Shown: positions 18,600 through 26,288 of the stretch, piece after piece
How the letters are laid out: each line of letters starts with the position of its first letter
Numbering within the stretch: position 1 is the first letter of the stretch
Assembly: GCA_964508645.1 (NCBI GenBank)
Contig: CAZDUM010000001.1
Location: forward strand, 1-26,288
From: an uncultured Oscillospiraceae bacterium
GTDB lineage: Bacteria; Bacillota; Clostridia; Peptostreptococcales; Anaerovoracaceae
DNA: 26,288 bases
Reading direction: 5' to 3'
Translations under genes and position numbers: made by a program
Notes under the pieces: generated by a model
The model's input: the letters and a program-made list of their open reading frames with translations, nothing else
Databases searched by the model: none
Told to the model about the DNA's origin: nothing

Positions 18600-20105
18600 T
18601 TATATGCGCTCTCTGACGGCCTGCCTGACCTCGTCAGCCGTCACGTCGCATGTCCGAACCAGCGCGGCTACCTGATCCATCTCCGGCTTTTCCCGCACGG
18701 CGCCGTAGCCCCAGCACCGCTTGACCGTCACCGGCCCCCAGGGCGTCTCCCTCTGCAGGGTCTCCCTTCGCAAAACATGCCTCCGGTAGGCTTCTACCCG
18801 CACGCCGATGGTCGTGGTGTGGCGGAACAGCAGGGTCGTCATCTTCTCCTCATCCTCGGGCCTCGCCAGGACGGAGAGTTTGATGGCCGGCCTGGACTTC
18901 TTCATGGTGATGGCCTGCGTGTACACATCCAGCGCGCCCGCCTCCAGCAGGATCTCCGCCGCGAGGCCGATGTCCTCCCCGCACATATCGTCCAGATTGC
19001 ACGAGAGCTCGATCACCTGTGAGGGCGCATCGGCCTGTCCCGAAGCCGTCCCCGCGCAGGAAATTTCCGCCCCCTCGCGGGCGGCATCCCCCGATGCGCT
19101 GGGAACATCCGTCTCTCCTAAGAAGACCCGCACGCAGTTGACGACACCCGGAAAGACCCGGCTGCCCATGCCGTAGCCGACCTTTTCCACCGTCATGGGC
19201 GGCATCGGGCCGAAGCTCTGCCCGAAATGCCTGAGAATGGCGGCGCCGGTGGGCGTGCAGAGTTCTCCCTCCACCTCGCCGCTGTAGATGGGTATGCCCG
19301 TCAGGATGCGGGCGGTGGCCGGCGCCGGTACCGGCAGCAGGCCGTGCGCGCAGCGGACCGTACCGCTGCCGACATGAATGGGGGATACCGTGATTCGATC
19401 CGCGCCCAGCATCTCCAGGAGCAGGCAGCATCCCACCACATCGGCCACCGCATCCAGCGTGCCCACCTCGTGGAAATGGATGTGTTCCATCGTCTCCCCG
19501 TGCACGGCGGCCTCGGCCTGCGCGATGAGGTCGTAGATCGCCAGCGCGTCGGATTTGACGGCATCGGACACGGGAAGATGCGCCTCGATGAGATGCCGTA
19601 TCTCCGCGGCGCTGTGTCCGTGGACATGCCCGTCCTCGCCGTGGCCGTGGCCCGTATGGGTGTGGCTGTCCTGCCCGCCGTGGTCATGATCCGCGTGCGC
19701 GCGGCCTTCGCCTTCGCTGTGGCCACCGTCCGCATGCCCTGCATGCGGAGGCTCTGCCCCGTGAAGACCGTCCGCACAGGCCGCCGGCGCATGTGCCGTC
19801 CCGTGAGCGCCTTCCTCGCCGTCGCCATGCGCATCCTGCGCATGTGCCTCGTGCCCGCCGGCGCCGCGTCCGCAGCCGTCCTGCAGCTGATCCTCCTCCT
19901 GTCCGCCGACCAGCACATGCATGCGGGTCCCCTTGATGCCGTTTCGCGTCAGCGGTTCAGCCTGCACCGTCACGCCGGGCAGCCCCAGATGCGCCATCCG
20001 ATCCAGAAACGCCGCCTGCTTTTCCTCGTCGAGAAGCTCCCAGAGGGCGGCCATCAGCATATCGCCCGCCGCACCCATGGCGCACTGCACATAGATCGAT
20101 CGCAT
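18600..20105 (-). CDS. larC: Nickel pincer cofactor biosynthesis protein LarC (nickel insertase), single reading frame
   Basis: GAAGDM, His-rich segment, HFHEVG, LPVPAPAT, ELCTPTGAAIL, NLDDM, MKKSRP and TTTIGVR. Confidence 0.92.
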   Translation of the reverse strand: MRSIYVQCAMGAAGDMLMAALWELLDEEKQAAFLDRMAHLGLPGVTVQAEPLTRNGIKGTRMHVLVGGQEEDQLQDGCGRGAGGHEAHAQDAHGDGEEGAHGTAHAPAACADGLHGAEPPHAGHADGGHSEGEGRAHADHDHGGQDSHTHTGHGHGEDGHVHGHSAAEIRHLIEAHLPVSDAVKSDALAIYDLIAQAEAAVHGETMEHIHFHEVGTLDAVADVVGCCLLLEMLGADRITVSPIHVGSGTVRCAHGLLPVPAPATARILTGIPIYSGEVEGELCTPTGAAILRHFGQSFGPMPPMTVEKVGYGMGSRVFPGVVNCVRVFLGETDVPSASGDAAREGAEISCAGTASGQADAPSQVIELSCNLDDMCGEDIGLAAEILLEAGALDVYTQAITMKKSRPAIKLSVLARPEDEEKMTTLLFRHTTTIGVRVEAYRRHVLRRETLQRETPWGPVTVKRCWGYGAVREKPEMDQVAALVRTCDVTADEVRQAVRERI

Positions 20106-20106
20106 A

Positions 20107-20868
20107 TCAGTCTCCCATGTTGTTGATGAGGCTGGCCAGATAACCGGCCCCGAAACCGTTGTCGATATTGACGACGCTGACGCCGCTGGCGCAGGAATTG
20201 AGCATGGACAGGAGCGCCGTCACGCCGCCGAACGCCGTTCCGTAGCCCACGCTGGTCGGCACCGCGATGACGGGACAGTCCGCCAGGCCGCCTATGACGC
20301 TGGCCAGCGCCCCCTCCATGCCGGCGATGGCGATGATGACCCGCGCCTGCATGATCTGCTCCGTGTGCGCCAGCAATCTGTGCAGGCCCGATACGCCCAC
20401 ATCGTAGACGCGCTGCACGTGGTTGCCCAGGATCTCCGCCGTCAGCGCCGCCTCCTCGGCCACCGGAATATCGCTCGTCCCGCCGGTCGCCACCAGGATG
20501 AATCCCTTCTGCCGCGGTGGTAGCATTTCACCCACCAGCCCTATGCGCCCCTGCGCATAGTAGGTGAACGGGAGCTCCGGACAATCCGCCTGCATGTGGA
20601 CGGCCGCCTCCTCCTTCATCCTGGTGATGAGGATCGTCTGCTGCCCGCTCTCCCACAGGGAACGGGCTATGCACGCGATCTGCTGCGGGGTTTTCGAGGC
20701 GCCGTAGATGATCTCGGACGCGCCCTGCCGCAGGCCACGGTGCTGGTCCAGGGAGGCGATGCCGATCTCCTGAAACGGCGCCACCTTCAGCTTGAGGACG
20801 GCCTCCTCGACCGGCACCCTCCCCGCAGCCACCTCCTGCAGCAACTCTCGAATCTCAAACTGTTCCAT
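20107..20868 (-). CDS. larB: Nickel pincer cofactor biosynthesis protein LarB (PurE/AIR carboxylase fold)
   Basis: LDQHRGLRQG..EIIYG..KT, TGGTSDIPVAEEA, DVGVSGLHRL, AGMEGAL, PTSVGYG and LNSCASGVSVVNIDNGFGA. Confidence 0.94.
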   Translation of the reverse strand: MEQFEIRELLQEVAAGRVPVEEAVLKLKVAPFQEIGIASLDQHRGLRQGASEIIYGASKTPQQIACIARSLWESGQQTILITRMKEEAAVHMQADCPELPFTYYAQGRIGLVGEMLPPRQKGFILVATGGTSDIPVAEEAALTAEILGNHVQRVYDVGVSGLHRLLAHTEQIMQARVIIAIAGMEGALASVIGGLADCPVIAVPTSVGYGTAFGGVTALLSMLNSCASGVSVVNIDNGFGAGYLASLINNMGD

Positions 20869-20947
20869 CTGCCGCTTCCCGCTCTGTTCCTACGCCCTTC
20901 CCCGGCCACCCGCGCCGCATACAATGCGCGAGACAGCCGAAGACCGA

Positions 20948-21361
20948 TCAACCCTTCGCCAGAATATCTTTTGCGAAGTCCGCCGCCTTCTTGAGATCCT
21001 CCTCGTTGGGCCGGCCGCGATGCAGGACGGTAAAGGCGCCCGGGCACGAGAACTCCTCCTTGGCCAGTGGAATGTTCTTCTCCGCCAGACACTTCTCCAC
21101 ATAGCCGCGGGTGCTGATGCTGGATGCCGACGTGCTGAAGTTGACGATCTTGCCCACGGACACCCCGATCTCCTTGATGAACGCCTTCACATGCTCGTCC
21201 AGCTTAAACGCATACGGCGCGCTGCCCAGGAAAAGAATGTCCACATCCTCGGTCAGCGGCGTCGAGACATCCTTCGCCTCCACGCCGACCGCCGCGGCGA
21301 TCGCCTCCGCGACCTTCTTCGTATTACCGCCTCTGGAATAGTACCGAACCTCGACTTTCAT
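20948..21361 (-). CDS. Flavodoxin-fold protein (137 aa)
   Basis: YYSRGGNTKKVAEAIA FMN phosphate loop, DILFLGS and HRGRPNEEDLKKAADFA. Start MKVEV at 21361 with GCAGGAGG SD; the track's upstream extension is not supported. Confidence 0.85.
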   Translation of the reverse strand: MKVEVRYYSRGGNTKKVAEAIAAAVGVEAKDVSTPLTEDVDILFLGSAPYAFKLDEHVKAFIKEIGVSVGKIVNFSTSASSISTRGYVEKCLAEKNIPLAKEEFSCPGAFTVLHRGRPNEEDLKKAADFAKDILAKG

Positions 21362-21521
21362 CTTAGCACCTCCTGCTTTCTCTGCTGCGTATTCTTTTGA
21401 CTGCCTTCTTCGGGCTATGTTCCTGTCGTTTCCTCGGGACTGCCTTCCTCGGTTCTCCCTTCGAGATTTCTTCAGCCTGGTCGCCAGGCGCCCATCGCCG
21501 CTTTCCGTCTTCCAACTGCCA

Positions 21522-21549
21522 CTTCGGGCGCGTTCACACGCGCCCGAAG
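21522..21549 (-). terminator. Strong hairpin after pnp with no U-tract (weak terminator or mRNA stabiliser)
   Basis: Perfect 11-bp stem CTTCGGGCGCG / CGCGCCCGAAG with a 6-nt loop, about 20 nt after the pnp stop. Confidence 0.55.
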
Positions 21550-21570
21550 ACCTTTCCATACTCTCGCGCT

Positions 21571-23679
21571 CTACAGGAGCTCCCTGCGCGACAGGTTGAT
21601 GCGATTCTGGCTGTCGATCTCCGTGACCTTCACCCTGACCGTGTCGCCGATGTTCATCTCATCCTCCACACGCTCCACGCGGTGCTTGGCCATCTTGGAG
21701 ATGTGCAGCAGGCCCTCCTTGCCCGGCAGGATCTCGATGAAGGCGCCGAAGTTCATGATGCGGGTCACCTTGCCCTCGTAGATTTCCCCGACCTCGACAT
21801 CCCTGGTGAGCATCTCGATCTCGTGGCGGGCCGCATCGGCGCTGGCCATATCGGTGCTGTAGATGCTGATCATGCCGGGCACATCCTCGGAGATATCGAT
21901 CTTGACGCCGGTCTCCTCGACGATGCGGTTGATGGTCTTGCCGCCCGGCCCGATGACGATGCGCACCTTGTCCGGGTCCACATGCATGGTGATGGCGCGC
22001 GGCGCCCACCTGGACATCTCCTCGCGCGGTGCGGGGATCTCCTCCAGCATCTTGCCCATGATGTACATGCGACCCTCTCTGGCCTGCTTCAGCGCCTTCT
22101 CCAGGATCTCCCTGGACAGACCGTGGACCTTGATATCCATCTGGATCGCCGTCACGCCGACCTCCGTGCCCGTGACCTTGAAGTCCATGTCACCCAGAAA
22201 ATCCTCCATGCCCTGGATGTCGGACAGGATGGCGAACTCCGAGGTGCCGTCCTCCTTGACCCGCTCGATCAGCCCCATGGCGATACCGGCCACCGGCCGC
22301 TTGATGGGCACGCCGGCATCCATGAGCGCCAGACAGGAACCGCAGGTCGAGCCCATCGACGTGGACCCGTTGGAGGAAAGAACATCCGACACCACACGGA
22401 TGGCGTAGGGGAACTCGTCCACGCTGGGCAGAACCGGAATCAGCGCCCGCTCCGCCAGCGCGCCGTGTCCGATCTCCCGGCGGCCGGGACTTCTGGATGT
22501 CTTCGCCTCCCCCACGGAGTAGCCGGGGAAGTTATAGTGGTGCATGTAGCGCTTGCTGGTCTGCTCGGTGATCCCGTCTATGGTCTGGGCCTCGCTGACC
22601 GGCGCCAGCGTGCAGACGGACATGACCTGCGTCTGGCCCCGTTTGAAGAGGCCGGAGCCGTGCGTTCTGGGCAAAAGTCCGGTCTCGCACCAGATCGGCC
22701 GGATTTCCGTCAGCTTCCGGTTGTCGGGACGGATGCCCTCATCCAGGATCATCGCCCGCACCTGCTCCTTGGTGATATTGTACAGGACGGATTCGATGTC
22801 CTTGCCGTTGTCCGGATAGATTTCGGCGAAGTGCTCCTTGGTCTCCACCTCCACCTGGTCCATGTTCTCCAGCCGCTCCACCTTGTCCGGTGTCTTGATG
22901 GCGACGCGCATCTTCTCCACGGCATAGTCCCTGACCACCTGATCGATCTCGTCCGGGACCTTGTACAGCTCGATGTTCTGCTTGGGGCGGCCCACCTCGG
23001 CCACCACGGCCTCGATGAAGTCCACCAGCTTCTTGATCTCCTCGTGCGCGAACAGGATGCCGTCCAGCATCTCCATCTCCGGCACCTCATTGGCACCGGC
23101 CTCGACCATCATGATGGCCTCCTTCGTACCGGAGACGGTCATGTTGATATCGGACACCGCCCGCTGCTCCAGCGTCGGGTTGATGACGAACTGTCCGTCC
23201 ACCCGGCCGATGATGACCGAGCCCGTGGGGCCATCCCAGGGAATGTCCGAGCAGGCCAGCGCCACGGAGGAACCGATCATGCCGCAAAATTCAGGCGAGC
23301 AGTCCGGGTCCACGCTCATGACCGTGGCCACCACGACCACATCGTTATAGTATCCCTTCGGGAACAGAGGACGGATCGGCCGGTCGATGAGCCGGGAAGT
23401 CAGGATCGCATGCTCGCTGGGCCTGCCCTCTCTCTTGATGAAGCCGCCGGGAATCTTGCCGGCCGCGTACATGCGCTCCTCGAAGTCCACGCTCAGCGGG
23501 AAAAAGTCGATGTCCGGCCGCGGTTCCTTGGAGGCGCAGGCCGTCACATTGACCACCGTATCGCCGTACCGCACCATGACCTGTCCGTTCGCCTGCTCGC
23601 AGACCTTGCCGATCTCCAGCTGCAAAAGCCGTCCGCCTACCGCCGTCCGAAATGTCCTGTAATCCTCAAATCTGGCCAT
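21571..23679 (-). CDS. pnp: Polyribonucleotide nucleotidyltransferase (PNPase)
   Basis: DFFPLSVDFEE, IPGGFIKREGRP, RTHGSGLF, RREIGHGALAERAL, SNGSTSMGS, EDFLGDMDFKV and KH and S1 domains. ATG at 23679 fits the AGGAGG spacing better than the TTG at 23688. Confidence 0.98.
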   Translation of the reverse strand: MARFEDYRTFRTAVGGRLLQLEIGKVCEQANGQVMVRYGDTVVNVTACASKEPRPDIDFFPLSVDFEERMYAAGKIPGGFIKREGRPSEHAILTSRLIDRPIRPLFPKGYYNDVVVVATVMSVDPDCSPEFCGMIGSSVALACSDIPWDGPTGSVIIGRVDGQFVINPTLEQRAVSDINMTVSGTKEAIMMVEAGANEVPEMEMLDGILFAHEEIKKLVDFIEAVVAEVGRPKQNIELYKVPDEIDQVVRDYAVEKMRVAIKTPDKVERLENMDQVEVETKEHFAEIYPDNGKDIESVLYNITKEQVRAMILDEGIRPDNRKLTEIRPIWCETGLLPRTHGSGLFKRGQTQVMSVCTLAPVSEAQTIDGITEQTSKRYMHHYNFPGYSVGEAKTSRSPGRREIGHGALAERALIPVLPSVDEFPYAIRVVSDVLSSNGSTSMGSTCGSCLALMDAGVPIKRPVAGIAMGLIERVKEDGTSEFAILSDIQGMEDFLGDMDFKVTGTEVGVTAIQMDIKVHGLSREILEKALKQAREGRMYIMGKMLEEIPAPREEMSRWAPRAITMHVDPDKVRIVIGPGGKTINRIVEETGVKIDISEDVPGMISIYSTDMASADAARHEIEMLTRDVEVGEIYEGKVTRIMNFGAFIEILPGKEGLLHISKMAKHRVERVEDEMNIGDTVRVKVTEIDSQNRINLSRRELL

Positions 23680-23730
23680 AATTAACAACTACCTCCTGTT
23701 AATTTTTCTCTACTTCTCCGCTTGCTTTCT

Positions 23731-23761
23731 AAAAAGGCGGGGTTTTGGTAAGCCCCGCCTT
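23731..23761 (-). terminator. Intrinsic terminator after rpsO
   Basis: On the minus strand: AAGGCGGGG, loop, CCCCGCCTT, running into a T tract. Confidence 0.8.
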
Positions 23762-23792
23762 CATATCCTATGGATGCTCCCAAACCTACTGT

Positions 23793-24059
23793 CTACTTCC
23801 TCAAACCTAATCTCGCGATGAGGGTCCTGTACCGTTCCAGGTCCGTATCCCGCAGATAGGCCAGCAGGTTTCTCCTCTGTCCTACCATCTTCAGCAGTCC
23901 CCGCCGTGAATGATAATCCTTCTTGTGTACCTTCAGATGCTCGTTCAGATCGTTGATGCGGTAGGTCAGGATGGCGATTTGCACCTCCGGCGAACCGGTG
24001 TCGCCCTCCTTCAACTGATAGTCCTTGATGATCTGCTGTTTGATTTCCTTGGTGATCAT
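23793..24059 (-). CDS. rpsO: 30S ribosomal protein S15
   Basis: [39 protein letters not shown] and LGLRK. Confidence 0.99.
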   Translation of the reverse strand: MITKEIKQQIIKDYQLKEGDTGSPEVQIAILTYRINDLNEHLKVHKKDYHSRRGLLKMVGQRRNLLAYLRDTDLERYRTLIARLGLRK

Positions 24060-24145
24060 GTCCTGTCTCCTTTTCTATTCTTTGCACCTCCTGCCGGGTA
24101 GGCCGTCGGAGTGTCGGCGAACGCAGCAAAAGGCCTCAAATCAAT
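24060..24145 (-). ncRNA. Putative S15 (rpsO) autoregulatory leader
   Basis: About 85-nt 5'UTR with pairable segments (CTTTTGC/TGCAAAG, GGCC/GGCC) and TTCGCCGAC. S15 leaders are established in Firmicutes. Not verified with a covariance model. Confidence 0.45.
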
Positions 24146-24150
24146 GGTTT

Positions 24151-24179
24151 ATTCTATCACGGGTTTTCGGGGCTGTCAA
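24151..24179 (-). promoter_or_regulatory. Sigma-A promoter of rpsO
   Basis: On the minus strand: TTGACA, 17-nt spacer, TG-A-TAGAAT. Confidence 0.88.
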
Positions 24180-24346
24180 TCTGTTTTTCTGCCGGCCGGA
24201 AAAGCCGGAAAACGGCGCCGCGGGACCCCGGCGCCTGCGCAAGCACCTGCCGGCTGCCAGAAAAGGCGGCTGGAAGGGTGGTCCGCTTCCCCAAGGACGA
24301 GAGACCGATGGGATGCCCCGCCCGTCGATGTCTCATGGGCGACTCC

Positions 24347-25279
24347 TCACAGATCGCGCAGCCCGTGGTAGGCCTTGGCCTCCTGGCAGTCCTTGACGAT
24401 CTGGGCCGCCAGCGCATCCACGCTGTCGAACTTCACCTCGTCGCGGGTCTTCTTCAGAAATTCCACCCGTATCTGCTTGCCGTAGAGGATCTTATCGAAG
24501 TTGAAGATGTGCGTCTCCACATTCTTGTGGAAGGCGCCGATGGTGGGCTTCACCCCCACGTTGGTGACGCTGGGATAGCGGACGCCGTTATAGGTGCAGA
24601 CGGTCACATAGACGCCATTTGGGGGGCTCACCATCGACTCGTCGATCATGATGTTCGAGGTCGGAAATCCGATGGTGCGGCCCAGCCGGTTCCCCACGAC
24701 CACCTCGCCCGCGATGGAGTAGCGGCGGCCGAGGAATTTCTGGCAGGCCTCCATATCGCCGGCGCCGATCAGGCTGCGGATCAGGGTGGAGCTGACCACA
24801 TCCCCGTCCACGGTGATGGGCGGAATCTCCGTGACCCCGAAACCCTTCTCATGCCCTGCCTCCCGCAGCAGCGCCACATCGCCGGCCGCATGGCAGCCGA
24901 AGCGATAGTTGAAGCCGCAGAAGACCTCGCGCGCATGCAGCCGCTTAACGAGAATCTCGTCGATGAAGGTCAGAGGCTCCATCTTGGCGATCTCCCAGGT
25001 GAAGGCCGGATTGAACAGGTAGTCCACCCCCAGGCTCTCGATGAGGGCGCACTTCTCCTCCGGATAGATGATGTTTCGGACCGGCGCATCCGGGTTGAAG
25101 AGGGTCTTCGGATGGTTGGAAAAGGTCAGCACGCCGCAGACGCCCCCCGCCTGCCTGGCCTTTTTCACCGCCTCCGCGATGAGCTTCTGGTGCCCCACAT
25201 GGACCCCGTCAAAATTTCCCAAAGCGAGGAAGCAGGGGCGCATCTCCTGCACGTCCTCGAGGTGCTCGTATATCTTCAT
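24347..25279 (-). CDS. ribF: Bifunctional riboflavin kinase / FAD synthetase
   Basis: ALGNFDGVHVGHQ, GFNYRFG, VSSTLIR, GRTIGFPTSN, NVGVKPT, ETHIFNF and RDEVKF. Start placed at MKIYEH (25279). Confidence 0.97.
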   Translation of the reverse strand: MKIYEHLEDVQEMRPCFLALGNFDGVHVGHQKLIAEAVKKARQAGGVCGVLTFSNHPKTLFNPDAPVRNIIYPEEKCALIESLGVDYLFNPAFTWEIAKMEPLTFIDEILVKRLHAREVFCGFNYRFGCHAAGDVALLREAGHEKGFGVTEIPPITVDGDVVSSTLIRSLIGAGDMEACQKFLGRRYSIAGEVVVGNRLGRTIGFPTSNIMIDESMVSPPNGVYVTVCTYNGVRYPSVTNVGVKPTIGAFHKNVETHIFNFDKILYGKQIRVEFLKKTRDEVKFDSVDALAAQIVKDCQEAKAYHGLRDL

Positions 25280-25439
25280 CGTCCATCTGCCCTCCACCGT
25301 CTATACCTTGCCGCCTTCACGACACACAGCGCGCCGTCTGCCGTCTACCGGCCGCCGAGGCCCTTTTGACATCCGCACCGCGACCGCCATCGGCTCGCCG
25401 CCAAGGCCCGGTATCCTGCCTCGTCCGCCGACATGCCGT

Positions 25440-26288
25440 CTATGCCTGCCCTCCTGCCGCCCGTTGCACGAAGACCTTGTCGGGCGCCATGTAAAGGCCG
25501 TCGGGGTCGCAAAAGGCGACGCCCAGGAAGGTCTCACCGCCGTCCGTCCTCTCGCGGTACAGGCAGAAGGCCCGTCGGTATTCCTCGCGCACCGGCCACC
25601 CCGGCGGGTACGTGTCGAAGGCGGGCCGCCGTACGATGCGGCAGTCCGAAAGCGGAATCTGGCGGCCATCGGCGAAGCGCCTTGCCGCCTCCGCCGGTAC
25701 GAGCGCCTTGCCGAACCTGGCGAGGGGCATATCCGCCGGCTGCAGGTAGGGCGTAAGCCATCGCGGCCCGCTCCCCTCCGGTTCCGCATCCGCCGCATCC
25801 TTAGCGGCTTCCAGCGTCTCCAGGCTCACGGCATCCTCCAGGCGGAACGGGCCGCTCTGCAGGCGGACGAGGTCCGCCATGTAGGCGCCGGTCCCGAGGG
25901 CCGCGCCCACATCCTGGCAGATGGTCCTGATATAGGTCCCCTTCGAGCAGGCGACCCGAAAGGTCACGGACATGGCACGAAGGTCCACCGCCTCCACGGC
26001 GAGCTCCCGGATGCAGACGGTTCGCGCCGGCACCTCCACCGTCTCGCCCGCCCGCGCGTAGGTGTAGAGATGCTTTCCGCCCACGCGCACCGCGCTGTAC
26101 ATGGGCGGGCGCTGCCTGATGACCCCGTGGAAGGCCGAAAAGGCATCCTCGATGGCCGCCGTCGTCACCCCGTCGGTGGGAAAGACCGCCGTCGTCTGCC
26201 CCCAGGCATCCTGCGTGTCGGTATTGCGGCCCAGTACCAGCCTGCAGCGATAGACCTTCTCGTCCCCGTCCAGGTACTCCGTGATGCG
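25440..26288 (-). CDS. truB: tRNA pseudouridine(55) synthase TruB, 5' part outside the window
   Basis: The frame stays open to the right edge (RITEYLDGDEKVYRCRLVLGRNTDTQDAWG...), then QRPPMYSAVRVGGKHLYTYARAG, CSKGTYIRT and LVRLQSGPF. Confidence 0.96.
   Translation of the reverse strand, partial: RITEYLDGDEKVYRCRLVLGRNTDTQDAWGQTTAVFPTDGVTTAAIEDAFSAFHGVIRQRPPMYSAVRVGGKHLYTYARAGETVEVPARTVCIRELAVEAVDLRAMSVTFRVACSKGTYIRTICQDVGAALGTGAYMADLVRLQSGPFRLEDAVSLETLEAAKDAADAEPEGSGPRWLTPYLQPADMPLARFGKALVPAEAARRFADGRQIPLSDCRIVRRPAFDTYPPGWPVREEYRRAFCLYRERTDGGETFLGVAFCDPDGLYMAPDKVFVQRAAGGQA

Noticed and set aside
18600-20105. Programmed frameshift in larC
   Set aside because: The gene is a single uninterrupted frame containing both N- and C-terminal motifs.
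24301-24334. Hairpin after ribF as a terminator or FMN riboswitch
   Set aside because: The stem (GAGAC-CGATGGG / CCCGTCG-GTCTC) lacks a U-tract, lies downstream of ribF, and has no RFN consensus.
25297-25445. Degenerate repeats of about 45 nt (CCGTCTA, GCCGCC(G/A)AGGCCC) between truB and ribF
   Set aside because: Matches are short and GC-rich and cannot be distinguished from chance without a background model.

Overview
This is a mostly housekeeping window from a GC-rich Firmicute, probably Clostridia (inferred from gene order, sigma-A promoters, and CIRCE and Cheo-type LexA boxes). It holds four blocks: (1) a minus-strand ruvC-ruvA-ruvB-queA-tgt-rlmD-like run with a LexA box in its promoter; (2) plus-strand argR-recN converging on minus-strand comEC-holA; (3) a plus-strand class A PBP converging on CIRCE-controlled htpG; (4) minus-strand truB(partial)-ribF-rpsO-pnp followed by flavodoxin-larB-larC. 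I found no rRNA, tRNA, CRISPR array, transposase or integrase, and I cannot support a wholly new multi-gene system. The best leads are as follows. An unannotated MITE-like intergenic repeat family has two full copies and one partial copy. An apparent island boundary lies at the 3' end of the rlmD-like gene, where GC drops to about 49% and a radical SAM gene missed by the ORF track begins. The RlmD-like enzyme lacks a TRAM domain and is coupled to tgt. A flavodoxin-larB-larC module has no larE or larA beside it. An 11-aa repeat at the PBP C-terminus is conserved at protein level. Many core proteins carry low-complexity insertions. All gene calls are by motif recognition and all counts are by hand; no database searches were run.
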